Source of the DNA: Torpedo marmorata
Lineage: Eukaryota
Reading direction: 5' to 3'
DNA length: 64,000 nucleotides
Assembly (NCBI GenBank): GCA_977017645.1
Contig: OZ360221.1
Span: forward strand, 40,610,001 to 40,674,000
The position numbers and the translations under genes were made by a program. A model generated the notes under the pieces. That model had not been told where the DNA came from, made no database searches, and saw only the letters and a program-made list of their open reading frames with translations. Below are positions 49,225 to 60,496 of this stretch, piece after piece (the first letter of the stretch is position 1; each line of letters begins with the position of its first letter).

Positions 49225-49925
49225 ATGCAGTTTTGGTCACCTAACTGCAGGAATGATATCAATAAGATTGAAAGAATGCAGAGAAGATCTATTAGGATGT
49301 TGCCTGGACTTCAGGAACTGAGTTACAGGGAAACGTTAAACAGGTTAGGACTTTATTCCCTAGAGCGTAGAAGAACGAGGGGAGATTTGATGGAGGTATT
49401 TAAAATTATGAGGGGTATAGACAGAGTAAATGTAGATAGGCTTTTTCCACTGAGGGTAGGTGAGATACAAACCAGAGGACATGGGTTAAGGTGAAAGGGG
49501 AAATGTTTAGGGGGAACATTAGGGGGAACTTCTTCACGGAGAGTAGGTGAGATACAAACCAGAGGACATGGGTTAAGGTGAAAGGGGAAATGTTTAGGGG
49601 GAACATTAGGGGGAACTTCCTCACGGAGAGTAGGTGAGATACAAACCAAAGGACATGGGTTAAGGTGAAAGGGGAAATGTTTAGGGGGAACATTAGGGGG
49701 AACTTCTGCATGGAGAGTGGTGGGAGTGTGGAACGAGCTGCCGGCTGAAGTGGTGAATTTGGGCTCAATTTTAACATTTAAGAAGAATTTGGACAGGTAC
49801 ATGGATGGGAGGGGTGTGGAGGGCTATGGACTGGGTGCAGGTCAGTGGGACAAGGCAGAATAATAGTTAGGCACAGACTAGAAGGCCTGAAGGGCCTGCT
49901 TCTGTGCTGTAATGTTCTATGGTTC
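49225..49925 (+). mobile_element. CR1 LINE 3' end with internal 87-bp triplication
   Basis: QFWSP..RGDL..TRGH; units start at 49452, 49539 and 49626; gttctatggttct tail. Confidence 0.9.
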
Positions 49926-50249
49926 TACTCAGTCCTGAAATATCGACAACTTTTCTTTACCACAGATGCTGCTTGGCCTACTGAGTGTTAACAGCATCTT
50001 CGGTTTTCATTTTACATTTCTGCACGTTCAAAAGAAATTTGGACAGATATGTGGATAAGAAGGGGTTGGAAGCATTTGGACCAAATGGGACTTGCCCAGA
50101 ATGCCACCTTGGTCAGCAAGGACACGTTGGATTAAAGGACCTGTTTTGTGCTGTTTGACTCTCTGGGCAAATGATCCTATTCCTGTGTTGTATTGTTCTG
50201 TTCTGTGTTCCATGTATGAATAAGTGTTCCAGAGGACATGAAATCATGT

Positions 50250-50440
50250 TACTGCGCCAGCAACTTGGGTTCGAATCCGGCGCTGTCTGTAAGGAGTTTG
50301 TACATTCTCCCCATGTCTGCGTGGGTTTCCTCCGGGGACTCCGGTTTCTTCCCACCCTTCAAAAAACATACAGACGTTGTAGGTTAATTGGGCGGCACGG
50401 GTTCGTGGGCTGGAAGGGCCTGTTACTGAGCTGTATGCTT
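50250..50440 (+). mobile_element. V-domain SINE (5'-eroded)
   Basis: B box, V core and tail. Confidence 0.8.
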
Positions 50441-50854
50441 AAAAAAAAATACAAATTCAAATCTCACCATGGCAGCTGGAGAATTTTAATTTGATTAATT
50501 AACCAAATCTGAGATTAAATGCTGGCATCAATTTGAGGATGAAGCTCTCAGACTGTCATTCAGGGAAGGAAGTCTGTCATCTTTACATAGCTCGGGGTAT
50601 ACGTGACTCAATTGTCTACTCTAACTGCCTGAGAATAGCTCAGCAGTCACTTGGTTGCACTAAAGCAGTAAAGGTGAGCTGAAGCAGGGTGTGCCCCACC
50701 ACCTTTGCAAGGTGCCTGAAAATGAGCAACAAAACATTGAACTTGCCAGTGATCCACACCCTATGGGTGCATTAAAGGAAAAAGCCACGCTGTTCAACCC
50801 TGTTGGCTTTCAAAATGACATCGTTCTGCAATCCGGATGTATGGTGCTCAAATT

Positions 50855-51780
50855 CAAATTTCAAAGTTCCAAGTTCAGATATATTGTCAGAGTACATACA
50901 TGACATCACATACAACCCTGAGATTCTTTTTCCTGTGGGCAAGGCAGAGTTACCACTTATTGGTAGTGCAAAAAAACTGTACTCAAGAAGATACATATAC
51001 ATGTAAACAAATAAAGAAATGTAAACGAACTGTCGGTGCATTACAGAGAGAATAAAATCAATAAAGTGCAAAAGTAAGAGTCCTTAAATGAGTCTCTGAT
51101 TGAGTTTGTTGTTGAGGAGTCTGATGCATGAGGGGTAGCAGCTGTGCCTGAAACTGGTGGGTGTGAGTCTTTCCAGATGGTAGCAGTGAGAATAGAGTGT
51201 GTGCTGGGTGGTGTGGATCCTTGATGATTTCTGCTGTTCTCCAACGGCAGCGTTCCCCGTAGATGTTCTCGATGATGGGGAGGGTTTTGCCTGTGATATC
51301 CTGGGCTGTGCCCACTACCTTTTGCAGAGCTTTCAGCTCAGGGATATTGGTGTTTCCATACCAAACCATGATGCAACCAGTCAGCACACTTTCCACCACA
51401 CATCTGTAGAAATTTTCCAGGGTTTCTGATGTCATCCCAAACCTCCGCAAACTCCTGAGGAAGTAGAGGCACTGGACGTGCTTTCTTCACGGTACCATTT
51501 GTGTGTTGGGTCCAGGAAAGATCCTCCGAGATAGTGACTTCCAAGAACTTGAATTTGCTCACCCTCTCCACCTCTGGTTCCCCAATGGTCACTGGATCGT
51601 ATACCTCTGGCTTTCCCTTCCTGAAGTCAACAGTCATCTCCTTGGTTTTAATGACATTGAGGCGAGGTTGTTGTTGGTGCGCCATTCAGCCAAGTTTTCA
51701 ATCTCCCTCCCTCATCGCCCCCTTTTATATAACCCTCTACTGTGGTATCGTCAGCAAATTTGTAAATGGTTTTGTTGTTA
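50855..51780 (-). mobile_element. Rex1-type LINE 3' fragment
   Basis: RRFGMTSETLENFYRCVVES; tail (AACTTGG/AAATTTG). Confidence 0.87.
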
Positions 51781-52679
51781 TTAATGGGTCAGGATAAATT
51801 AACGAGTCAGGATAAATTAATGAGTCAGGATCACAAATTCAGGGAACAGGATAATGGAAATGAAATCACAAGCATCCCATTAACACCTGAGCATTCAAAA
51901 ATCACTGAATTAATGAAGAACTGATCAACAATTCATCCCAGTACTTTATTTTGCTCCGCTTAAATGCATCCTTGCTAGAGTGGATAGATTTGTCAAATCC
52001 CAGTTTCTCTCGTATTCCCATTTTCTCTTTTTCAGTTCTTTGGGAGCCACGTCTACTGAAAATATGATATCAGGTGTTTTTTTTAACGGATAAAGGACAC
52101 ATTCATTCTGCTGATAACCATCCTTTAATTTTCAATGTTATCAAGAATGTTTCCAAGCAAGAATTGTCCCCATTGGAATTTTTTTGTATTTTGTACTTGA
52201 CATTAAAGGTAAAACGAATGCAGCAGCAGTTCCATCTCCTATGCTGTGGAACCGAATTTTGGAGACGAGGGTCCATCACATTGCTGTGGCGTAATGCTAC
52301 TGACTGGTGAAGGACTTCTAGACAATCAATGGGATGGGGGCAGGGAGCTATTTTCCCTCACTGAACACCAATCATGTTTTCAGAGCAAATACTCAGGATG
52401 TCACATAAAGGGTCAGTTTGCAAGATGTCGCAGGTATTGCAGAGGTGAAAGGAGAACTTAAGCAAACTGAAGAAAAAATAACAAGGAAAAAAATGGCTGA
52501 TAGTACAGAAGAAATAGCAATCACTCTAAGGAGCATATCAAAAATTAACAGCAAGAGGTAAAGGCATAGTTAAGAAGCGGAGAGAGAAATGGTCACGGTT
52601 GAAGGGAAGAGTTTAACTGAAGATATAGTCAAGCAGGCTCAACATACTGAAAACTATTCCCATGTTTTGATATTCCATA

Positions 52680-53045
52680 AAACCATGACATAGGAGCAGA
52701 AATAGGTTACTCAGCCCATCGAGTCTGCCCCGCCATTTAATTATGAGCTGATCCATTTTCCCACTCAGCCCCACTGCCCGGCCTTCTCCCCATAACCTTT
52801 GATGCCGTGGCTAATCAAGAACCTATCAATCTCTGCCTTAAATATACCCAATGACCTGGCCTCCACAACCGCCTGTGTCAACAAATTCCACAGATTTACC
52901 ACCCTCTGGCTGGAGAAATTCCTCCGCATCTCTGTTCTAAGCGGACACCCTTTAATTTTGAAGTTGTGCCCTCTTGTCATAGTCTCTTCAACCATAGGAA
53001 ACAACCTTTTAACATCTACTATGTCCATGCCTTTCAACATTCCTT
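52680..53045 (-). mobile_element. CR1 LINE 3' end
   Basis: TRGHNFKIKG..RRNFSSQRVVNLWN. Confidence 0.85.
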
Positions 53046-53062
53046 TCCAAGTTCCTACACAG

Positions 53063-53305
53063 GACGGCATGGTTAGCATAGCGCTCAGGCCAATGGTATT
53101 ACAGCGCCAGCGACCCGCGTTCGGATCTGGCGCTGTCTGTAAGGAGTTTGTACATTCTACCCATGTCTGCATGGGTTTCCTCCAGGTGCTCCGGTTTCCT
53201 CCCACCCTCCCGAAACATCGGGTGTTTGTAGGTTAATTGGTGTATTTGGGTGGCATGGGCTCGTGGGCCGGAAAGGCCTGTTACCGTGCTGTATCTCTAA
53301 ATTTA
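53063..53305 (+). mobile_element. V-domain SINE
   Basis: tRNA-like head, V core and tail. Confidence 0.85.
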
Positions 53306-53519
53306 TTTTTAAAAATAATTACGGTATATTAAAAACATCAATTGGCATGTTTAGCGTAGTGGCTAGTGCAACGCTATTATAGTGCTAGCGACCCAGGTTT
53401 GAATCTGGCGTTGTCTGTAAGGAGTCTGCACGTTCTCCCCATGTCTGCGTGAATTTCCTCCGGGTGCTCCGGTTTCCTCCCACTTTCCTCAGCTGTATGG
53501 GGCAAGTAGGTAAATTGGT

Positions 53520-56500
53520 CATATGGTTACACTTGAATCCCAGGGGGACCATGATCCTGGCAGGGGTATTTGCTAGGGCTACTCAAGAGCCTTTAAACTA
53601 GAATGGTTGGGGGGAGGGGGCAAAATAGAACAGAGCAGTAAGGAGAAGGTTAGAATGCAAACAGAGAAAGTTTGTAGTCAATGTTTGAATATGGATGGGC
53701 AGGTGATAGAGAAGGGAAATGCTCTGGATGAAGATGAAGGGCAATTGGCATAAAAAGTAAATAATAATGTTGTTACTAAAGATGAGGACAAACAGAGATT
53801 AAGAAGTGGGAAATCTCTGAAATTCATATATTTTAATGCGAGGAGTATTGTAAAAAAGGTGGATGAGCTGAAGGTGTGGATTGATACTTGGAAGTATGAT
53901 GTGGTAGCGATTAGTGAGACATGGTTGCAGGAGGGATGTGATTGGCAGCTGAATATCCCTGGGTTTCGTTGCTTTAGGTGTGATAGAGTCGGAGGGGCAA
54001 GAGGAGGTGGTGTTGCATTGCTTGTCAGGGAGAATATTACAGCGGTGCTTAGGCAGGATAGATTAGAGGGCTCGTCCACGGAGGCTATTTGGGTGGAACT
54101 GAGGAGTGGGAAAGGAGAAGTTATAGGGGTGTATTATAGACCACCCGGAGGGGACCGAGACCTAGAGGAGCAAATCTGTAGGGAGATAGTGGATACTTGT
54201 GATAAGCACAGGGTTGTAATTATGGGAGATTTTAATTTTCCACATATAGATTGGGAAACACATTCTGTGAAAGGGCTGGATGGGTTGGAGTTTGTGAAAT
54301 GTGTGCAGGATAGTTTTTTACAACAATATGTAGAGGTACCGACCAGAGAAGGAGCAGTGTTAGATCTACTGTTGGCAAATGAGATAGGTCAAGTGACGGA
54401 GGTTTGTGTTGGCGAGCACTTCGGGTCCAGTGATCATAATGCCATCAGCTTCAATGTCATTATGGAAAGAGATAAGTCAGGGCCAAGGGTTGAGGTTTTT
54501 GATTGGGGAAAAGCTAGATTTGAGGAGATGTGAAAGGACTTACAGGGTGTGCATTGGGACAATTTGTTTTATGGGCAGGATGTAGTAGAGAGATGGAAGT
54601 CTTTTAAAGATCAGATTTTGAGAGTGCAAAAGCTTTATGTTCCTGTTAGGTTAAAAGGAGGGGCAAAAGGTTTGAGAGAGCCGTGGTTTTCGAGGAATAT
54701 TGGAAACTTGGTTCGAAAAAAAAGGGAGGCGTACATTAAGTATAAGAAGCATGGAATTAAGGAGATGTTTGAAAAATACATTGAATGTAAAAAGAATCTT
54801 AAGAGAGGAATTAGGAAAGCTAAAAGAAGGTACGAGGAGACTATAGCAAGCAGGGTGAAAATTAATCCAAAAGGTTTCTACAAATACGTTAATGGTAAAA
54901 GGAAAGCGAGGGACAAAATTGGTCCCTTAGAGAATCAGAGCGGAAAACTGTGTGTGGAGCCTAGAGAAATGGGGGAGATATTGAACAGTTTATTTTCTTT
55001 GGTATTCACCAAGGAGAAGGATATTGGGATATGCGAGATAAAAAAAGCAAATTGGGTAAATATGGAGAATATAGTGATTACGAAAGATGTAGTGTTAGGG
55101 CTTTTGAGGCATATAAAGGTGGATAAGTCTCCGGGACCCGACAGGATCTTCCCCAGGACCTTGAGAGTAGTAAGTGAGGAAATATCAGAGGCTCTGACGG
55201 TGATTTTCCAAATGTCATTAGAGATGGGGATAGTGCCGGAGGATTGGCGTATTGCGCATGTGGTTCCGTTATTTAAAAAGGGTTCAAGGAGGAAGCCTGG
55301 CAATTATCGGCCTGTAAGTTTGACGTCTATGGTAGGTAAATTAATGGAGAAAGTTCTTAGAAATAGTACTTATAAATACCTGGATAGACAAGGTCTGATC
55401 AGGAACACTCAACACGGATTTGTGAGCGGAAGGTCCTGTTTGACCAATCTGATTGAATTTTTTGAAGAGGTGACTAGGAATGTGGATGAGGGTAGTGTAG
55501 TGGATGTTGTCTATATGGACTTCAGTAAGGCCTTCGATAGGGTACCACATGGAAGGTTAGTTAGGAAGGTGCAGTCTTTAGGTATAAATTTTGAGATAGT
55601 CAAATGGATTGAACATTGGCTGAAAGGGAGAGGCCAGAGAGTGGTAGTGGATAATTGTCTGTCAGGTTGGAGGCCGGTGACCAGCGGTGTGCCTCAGGGA
55701 TCTGTATTGGGCCCATTGTTGTTCGTTATATACATTAATGATCTAGATGATGGGGTGGTGAACTGGATTAGTAAATATGCAGACGATACTAAGATAGGTG
55801 GAATAGTGGATAATGAAGAAGGTTTTCAAGGATTGCAGAGGGATTTGGGCTGCTTAGAAAAGTGGGCTGAAAAATGGCAAATGGAGTTTAATGCTGATAA
55901 GTATGAGGTGCTTCATTTTGGTAAGAAGAATCAGAACAGGACATACGTAGTAAATGGGAGAGCATTGATGAATACAGAAGAGCAGAAAGATTTAGGAATA
56001 ACGGTGCATCGTTCCCTGAAGGTAGAAACTCATGTGAATAGGGTGGTGAAGAAGGCTTTTAGTATGCTGGCCTTTATCAATCATTGCATAGAATATAGGA
56101 GTTGGGAAGTGATGTTGAGATTATATAAGGCGTTGGTGCGGCCTAGTTTAGAGTTCTGTGTGCAGTTCTGGTTGCCAAATTATAGGAAGGATATCAACAG
56201 AGTGGAGAGAGTGCAGAGAAGATTTACCAGAATGTTACCTGGGTTTAAGCATCTAGAGTACAAGAAGAGATTGAGTAGATTAGGTCTTTATTCTTTGGAG
56301 CGTAGAAGGTTGAGAGGGGATTTGATAGAGGTATTTAAGATTATGAAAGGGATAGACAGAGTGGATGTGGATAGACTATTTCCGTTAAGAGTAGGAGAGA
56401 TTGAAACAAGAGGACATGAGTTAAGAGTTAAGGGGCAGAGGTTTAGAGGTAACATGAGGGGGAACTTCTTTACTCAGAGAGTGGTAGCGGTGTGGAATGA

Positions 56501-56704
56501 GCTTCCGGGAGAAGTAGTGGCGGCAGAGTCAATTTTATTATTTAAGAAAAAGTTGGACAGGTATATGGATGAGAAGGAAGTGGAGGGTTATGGGCAGGGT
56601 GCAGGTAGGTGAGACTAGAGAGGAGTGTTTGGTTCGGTGCGGACTAGAAGGGCCTAATGGCCTGTTTCCGTGCTGTAATTGTTATATGGTTATATGGTTA
56701 TATG
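53520..56704 (+). mobile_element. 5'-truncated CR1 LINE with complete ORF2 region
   Basis: End of ORF1 esterase, full EN+RT, (GTTATATG)n tail. Confidence 0.95.
53655..56612 (+). pseudogene. CR1 ORF2 (APE endonuclease + RT), one frame with two nonsense codons
   Basis: [36 protein letters not shown]; stops at 53751-53 and 54531-33; no frameshift. Confidence 0.92.
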
Positions 56705-56779
56705 GGTGTATTTGGGCGACGTGGGGTAGAAGGGCCTGTTACCGTGCTGTGTCTCTAAATTTAAATGAAATGAATACTG

Positions 56780-57055
56780 TTTAGCATTTATTTTTATGTA
56801 ACAGCTTTCTCCTCAGTATCTCTCTCTCTCTCAGTATCTCCCAAAGTCCTTTCCTACTATTGAAATGGTTTTGATCTGCAGGCAGGGGTATAATGGAAAG
56901 AGATTTGTGCTAATTGCTCAGAGCAAGTTCCAATAAACAATGAAGCAGTCATGACTATAAGACCAACTTTAGGTACGTTGACTGAGTGGATAACCACATG
57001 CTTTACGTTAAAGTGATGCCCACAGGGGTTTTTATGTCCACTTAAGCTTGCAGCC
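56780..57055 (-). mobile_element. Highly diverged Deu-domain SINE remnant
   Basis: Collinear blocks (cccaaagtccttt..gctaattgctcagagcaagttccaataaaca..gttgactgagtggataa..tttttatgtccactt) resemble the Deu-domain consensus as I recall it. Confidence 0.5.
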
Positions 57056-57269
57056 AGTACCTTGGTTGTCTGGAAATTGCCACTTCCAACAATGAATTCT
57101 TCCTTCTGTGGGTCCGTGCTGTCATGTCTGTGGGACTCAGACATCCATCCAGAAAAAAATTACAGATGCTGAAAATCTGGAATATGAAAAGCTGGAAAAC
57201 CTCAGGGGGGTCAGACAACGTCTGTGGAGAGAGAAAAACAGGGTGAATATATTGGGACATTGAGTAAAA

Positions 57270-57670
57270 GGGTAAAAATGTCGAGTTGCAGCTATATATT
57301 ACTGGATACAGACTGGGGGATTGCATTGTTGAGCACCTTCGCTTTGTCCGCTGCAACAACAAGGACCTCAGTGGCCAACCTCTCAGTGACCAACCATTTT
57401 AATTCCACACCCCATTGCCACACTGACCAGCCTGTCCATGGCCTCATATACTGCCAAAATGAGGCCACCCATAAATTGGAGGAACAACACCTTATATTCT
57501 GTATCCAACCAGATATAATTAACATCGACTTCCAATTTCTGTTCAACCCCTCCAACGGTCTCTCTTTTTCCCTCATCCCTCAGTCTCCCCACCCCTTCCC
57601 TTCCTTCTCCTATCAGAGAGCTACCCTATCACTTCTTTCTCCCCTATCCTCGCATCTGTATCCACCTATT
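57270..57670 (+). mobile_element. Degraded Penelope-like fragment
   Basis: HFNSTPHCHTD..VHGLIYC..KLEEQHLIF..QPDIINIDF. Confidence 0.7.
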
Positions 57671-57729
57671 AGCTCCGAAGGAGGCACATTTAGGGTGGGT
57701 GGGGGGATGTTGAAGGGAGCTGTACGGGG

Positions 57730-58328
57730 TATTACGGTGACTTCGCTCCACCAATAGTCACCTGGAGGCTAAGTGTGGTCCTTGCTTTTGACGCGTTTTA
57801 ATTAATTTACTAACAAAGTCCAATATGTTCAAAACCTTTATTTTCACACATGACTTGCAGTAATCTTCAATGACTTTAATATAAACAGTTCTTGTAAACG
57901 ATGTATGATGAGTTCCTTTAAATTATTCCTTAAACAATTCCAAAACGATATGAAACACTGTAGATGATGTTAAAGTTATAAAAACATTATAAAACGATAT
58001 AAAACGGTCAATAAAGATGTGGAGACCTCACTCACCCTCCATACATCTTTTCCTTTCCTTCTCTCTCTCTCTCTAATGGCTCTGCGCATCCTACCCCGCG
58101 CATACTACAACTCCCAGCCTCCCACGCGCACAATGACGTCACTCCATACTGCGCATGCGCCCGTCGGCACTCCCGCGCATGCGCATATCAAAGAACGGGC
58201 CGACGACGGCCCACAGAACAACGCAAGCGCTCCAAGGACGGCCTAGTGAACAACGCGAGCGCTCCAAGGCCCGACTAGACATCGGAGCGCCGCAACAACG
58301 GTAAGTTAATGAGCCTACGGCTCTTACA
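57730..58328 (-). mobile_element. Solo LTR inserted in a CR1 3' remnant
   Basis: 5-bp TSD CGGGG (57725-29, 58329-33); termini TA(TG-derived)..CA; AATAAA on minus strand ~110 bp from the end; flanks rejoin into CR1 sequence. Confidence 0.7.
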
Positions 58329-59324
58329 CGGGGCAAGTTTTTTGCACAGTGGTTGGTGTCTGGAACGGGCTGGCAGGGGTAGTGATGGAAGCAGATATTA
58401 CAGAAGCATTTAAGAGGCTTCTCGATATGAATATGAAGGGTGTGGAGGGATTTCTGTCATGTGCAAGCAGCGGAGTTTTGGTCTGATTTGGACATCATAT
58501 TCGACACGGACACGTGGTCCGACGGGCCAGTTCCCATGCTGTACTCTTGAATGTTCCACTTACTAAAACTGGAGGTGTGCACTTATTCATGGCAGGGATA
58601 GGGGTTGGAAGAGTATTGGTGGGTAACCTAGACTCTGCAGGATGTGGTATTTGGTGGCAATGCAAAGATCACAACTGTCCAGTTCAAACAGAAACGTCGT
58701 CTACCAGAGCAGTGTAGGCAACATTCAAAGAGAAGTTGGAAAGACAAAAACGTGACTATTATTATGACCAAATTTCATCCCAAACACCTTTTGAAATGCC
58801 CCAAACAAAGCTTCAGTTGTAAAATTGAAAGGGAAGACTATCATATGTCTCCCGTGTATAAACAACATTCTCATTTCCCTCAGTTTAACATGTGGTTGCT
58901 GAAACTAAGGTCACCATGCTTACATCTGCCACAAAGAAGCAATCTGAAGCAAAGTATTAATTAACATTCCAGCTGTTTTTAAAAGCTAATAAGAACCGAG
59001 GAACAATGTGTAAATTTTAAACATTTTCCTTCTTGTTTAAAATGTTATTAAACAATGTTTTTCTTTCCTTTTCCTTTTGTATGAGATTAGTTCTGCTTTG
59101 AAAATCGGAAAACGTAGTCAGCTGGACTTGTTGGTGAAGTGTGGGTCAACCACATTGGGCTGGTCCATTCTGATTGTCTTTCGGATCGCAGCAATTTGCT
59201 GGAGCTATCCACAACATCCTGCTCAGCACTGACCCAACACTGAGTCCAGGTAGGAGCATAAATGCTTCATGCCAGGAATGGCCAGCATATGTTCAAGTTC
59301 AAATTTATTGTCATCTGATTGTAC

Positions 59325-59325
<1 letters not shown>

Positions 59326-59379
<54 letters not shown>
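59326..59379. repeat. (TA)27 microsatellite
   Basis: Direct reading. Confidence 0.97.
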
Positions 59380-59381
<2 letters not shown>

Positions 59382-59806
59382 ACCCTCCGGATCATAGTGC
59401 ACACTCACAGACACAGTAAACCCGACACACAAATGAAATATTGTAGCGGCCCGCGAGCCGATTGGTGACCCGCTGCACAAAATGGCGGACTAACTCAGCG
59501 ATCGCGCCAGGGCTGCATAAACTAAGATGGCCCTTCTTGCAGCAGCTCCAGTCGACCGGCGGGAAACGACGAGCACCGGTGGGAAAACCAACCACTCAGC
59601 GGCCGGCCCACCGGTGACGTCTTATCCGCATCCCCGTCGGAAGGGGCGGGTTCTCCGAGCTACTGGCCCTATATAAGGCAGAGCAAGAGCTCTAAAAAAT
59701 CAGTCTTGTTTGAGCTTACCTCGTGTGTGGTGGTTTTCTTTGACGCAGCAGCAGCGCGCTACATTGGTGACCTCGACGGGTCTGAACGGCGTTTTCAGAC
59801 CCAGCG

Positions 59807-60496
59807 ATGACGGACCAGGCAGGCATCCACGTGGTTGCCCTGAAGCTACCGACCTTCTGGACAACACAGCCACAGGTCTGGTTCGAGAAAGCCGAGGCTC
59901 AATTCCAGATCCGACAGATCTCCTCCGACGCCACGAGGTACTACTACGTGGTGAGCTCGCTGGATCAAGACACAGCGGCCAGAATTGTCGATTTTCTCTG
60001 GAACCCAGCAGAGCAAGGGAAGTATGAGGTCATGAAAGAACTTTTAACCCGCACCTTCGAGCTCTCGAAGCGCGAGCGTGCAGCCCGATTGTTGCACATG
60101 GACAGGTTGGGGGACAGGGCCCCATCCATCCTCATGGGCGAGATGTTAGCTCTCGCCGATGGCCATACACCTTGCCTGCTCTTCGAGCAGATATTCTTAG
60201 AGCTATTGCCAGAGGATATTCGATTGCTGCTGGCTGACGAGGATTTCAGCAACCCGAGGAGGGTGGCAGCCCGGGCAGACGTGCTCTGGAAATCAAAGAG
60301 GCACTCCGATGTCGTGGTGGAGCACGTCGCCAAGCCCTGCTTTCAGCAAGCAACAGGGCCGCCGGCCGCACGCGACAGGCCAACGAACCCCGCGGGGGAG
60401 CAGTGCTGTTATTATCATCAGCGATGGGGTGCGGAGGCCCGACGATGCTGCCCACACTGCGCGTTTCCAGGAAACGCCATGGCCGGCCGTCGTTAA
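59807..60496 (+). CDS. Retrotransposon Gag (open frame, CHCC motif)
   Basis: 229 aa ATG-to-stop; KLPTFW..P.VWF..AEAQF; CYYHQRWGAEARRC..C. Confidence 0.85.
   Translation: MTDQAGIHVVALKLPTFWTTQPQVWFEKAEAQFQIRQISSDATRYYYVVSSLDQDTAARIVDFLWNPAEQGKYEVMKELLTRTFELSKRERAARLLHMDRLGDRAPSILMGEMLALADGHTPCLLFEQIFLELLPEDIRLLLADEDFSNPRRVAARADVLWKSKRHSDVVVEHVAKPCFQQATGPPAARDRPTNPAGEQCCYYHQRWGAEARRCCPHCAFPGNAMAGRR

Larger units (their letters stand above)
53345..56765 (+). mobile_element. V-domain SINE split by a CR1 insertion (53345-53518 + 56705-56765)
   Basis: SINE breaks at taggtaaattgg and resumes at ggtgtatttgggcg..aagggcctgttaccgtgc. Confidence 0.78.

Noticed and set aside
59174-59480. ORFs with IYIYIY runs
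   Set aside because: Translation of the (TA)n microsatellite
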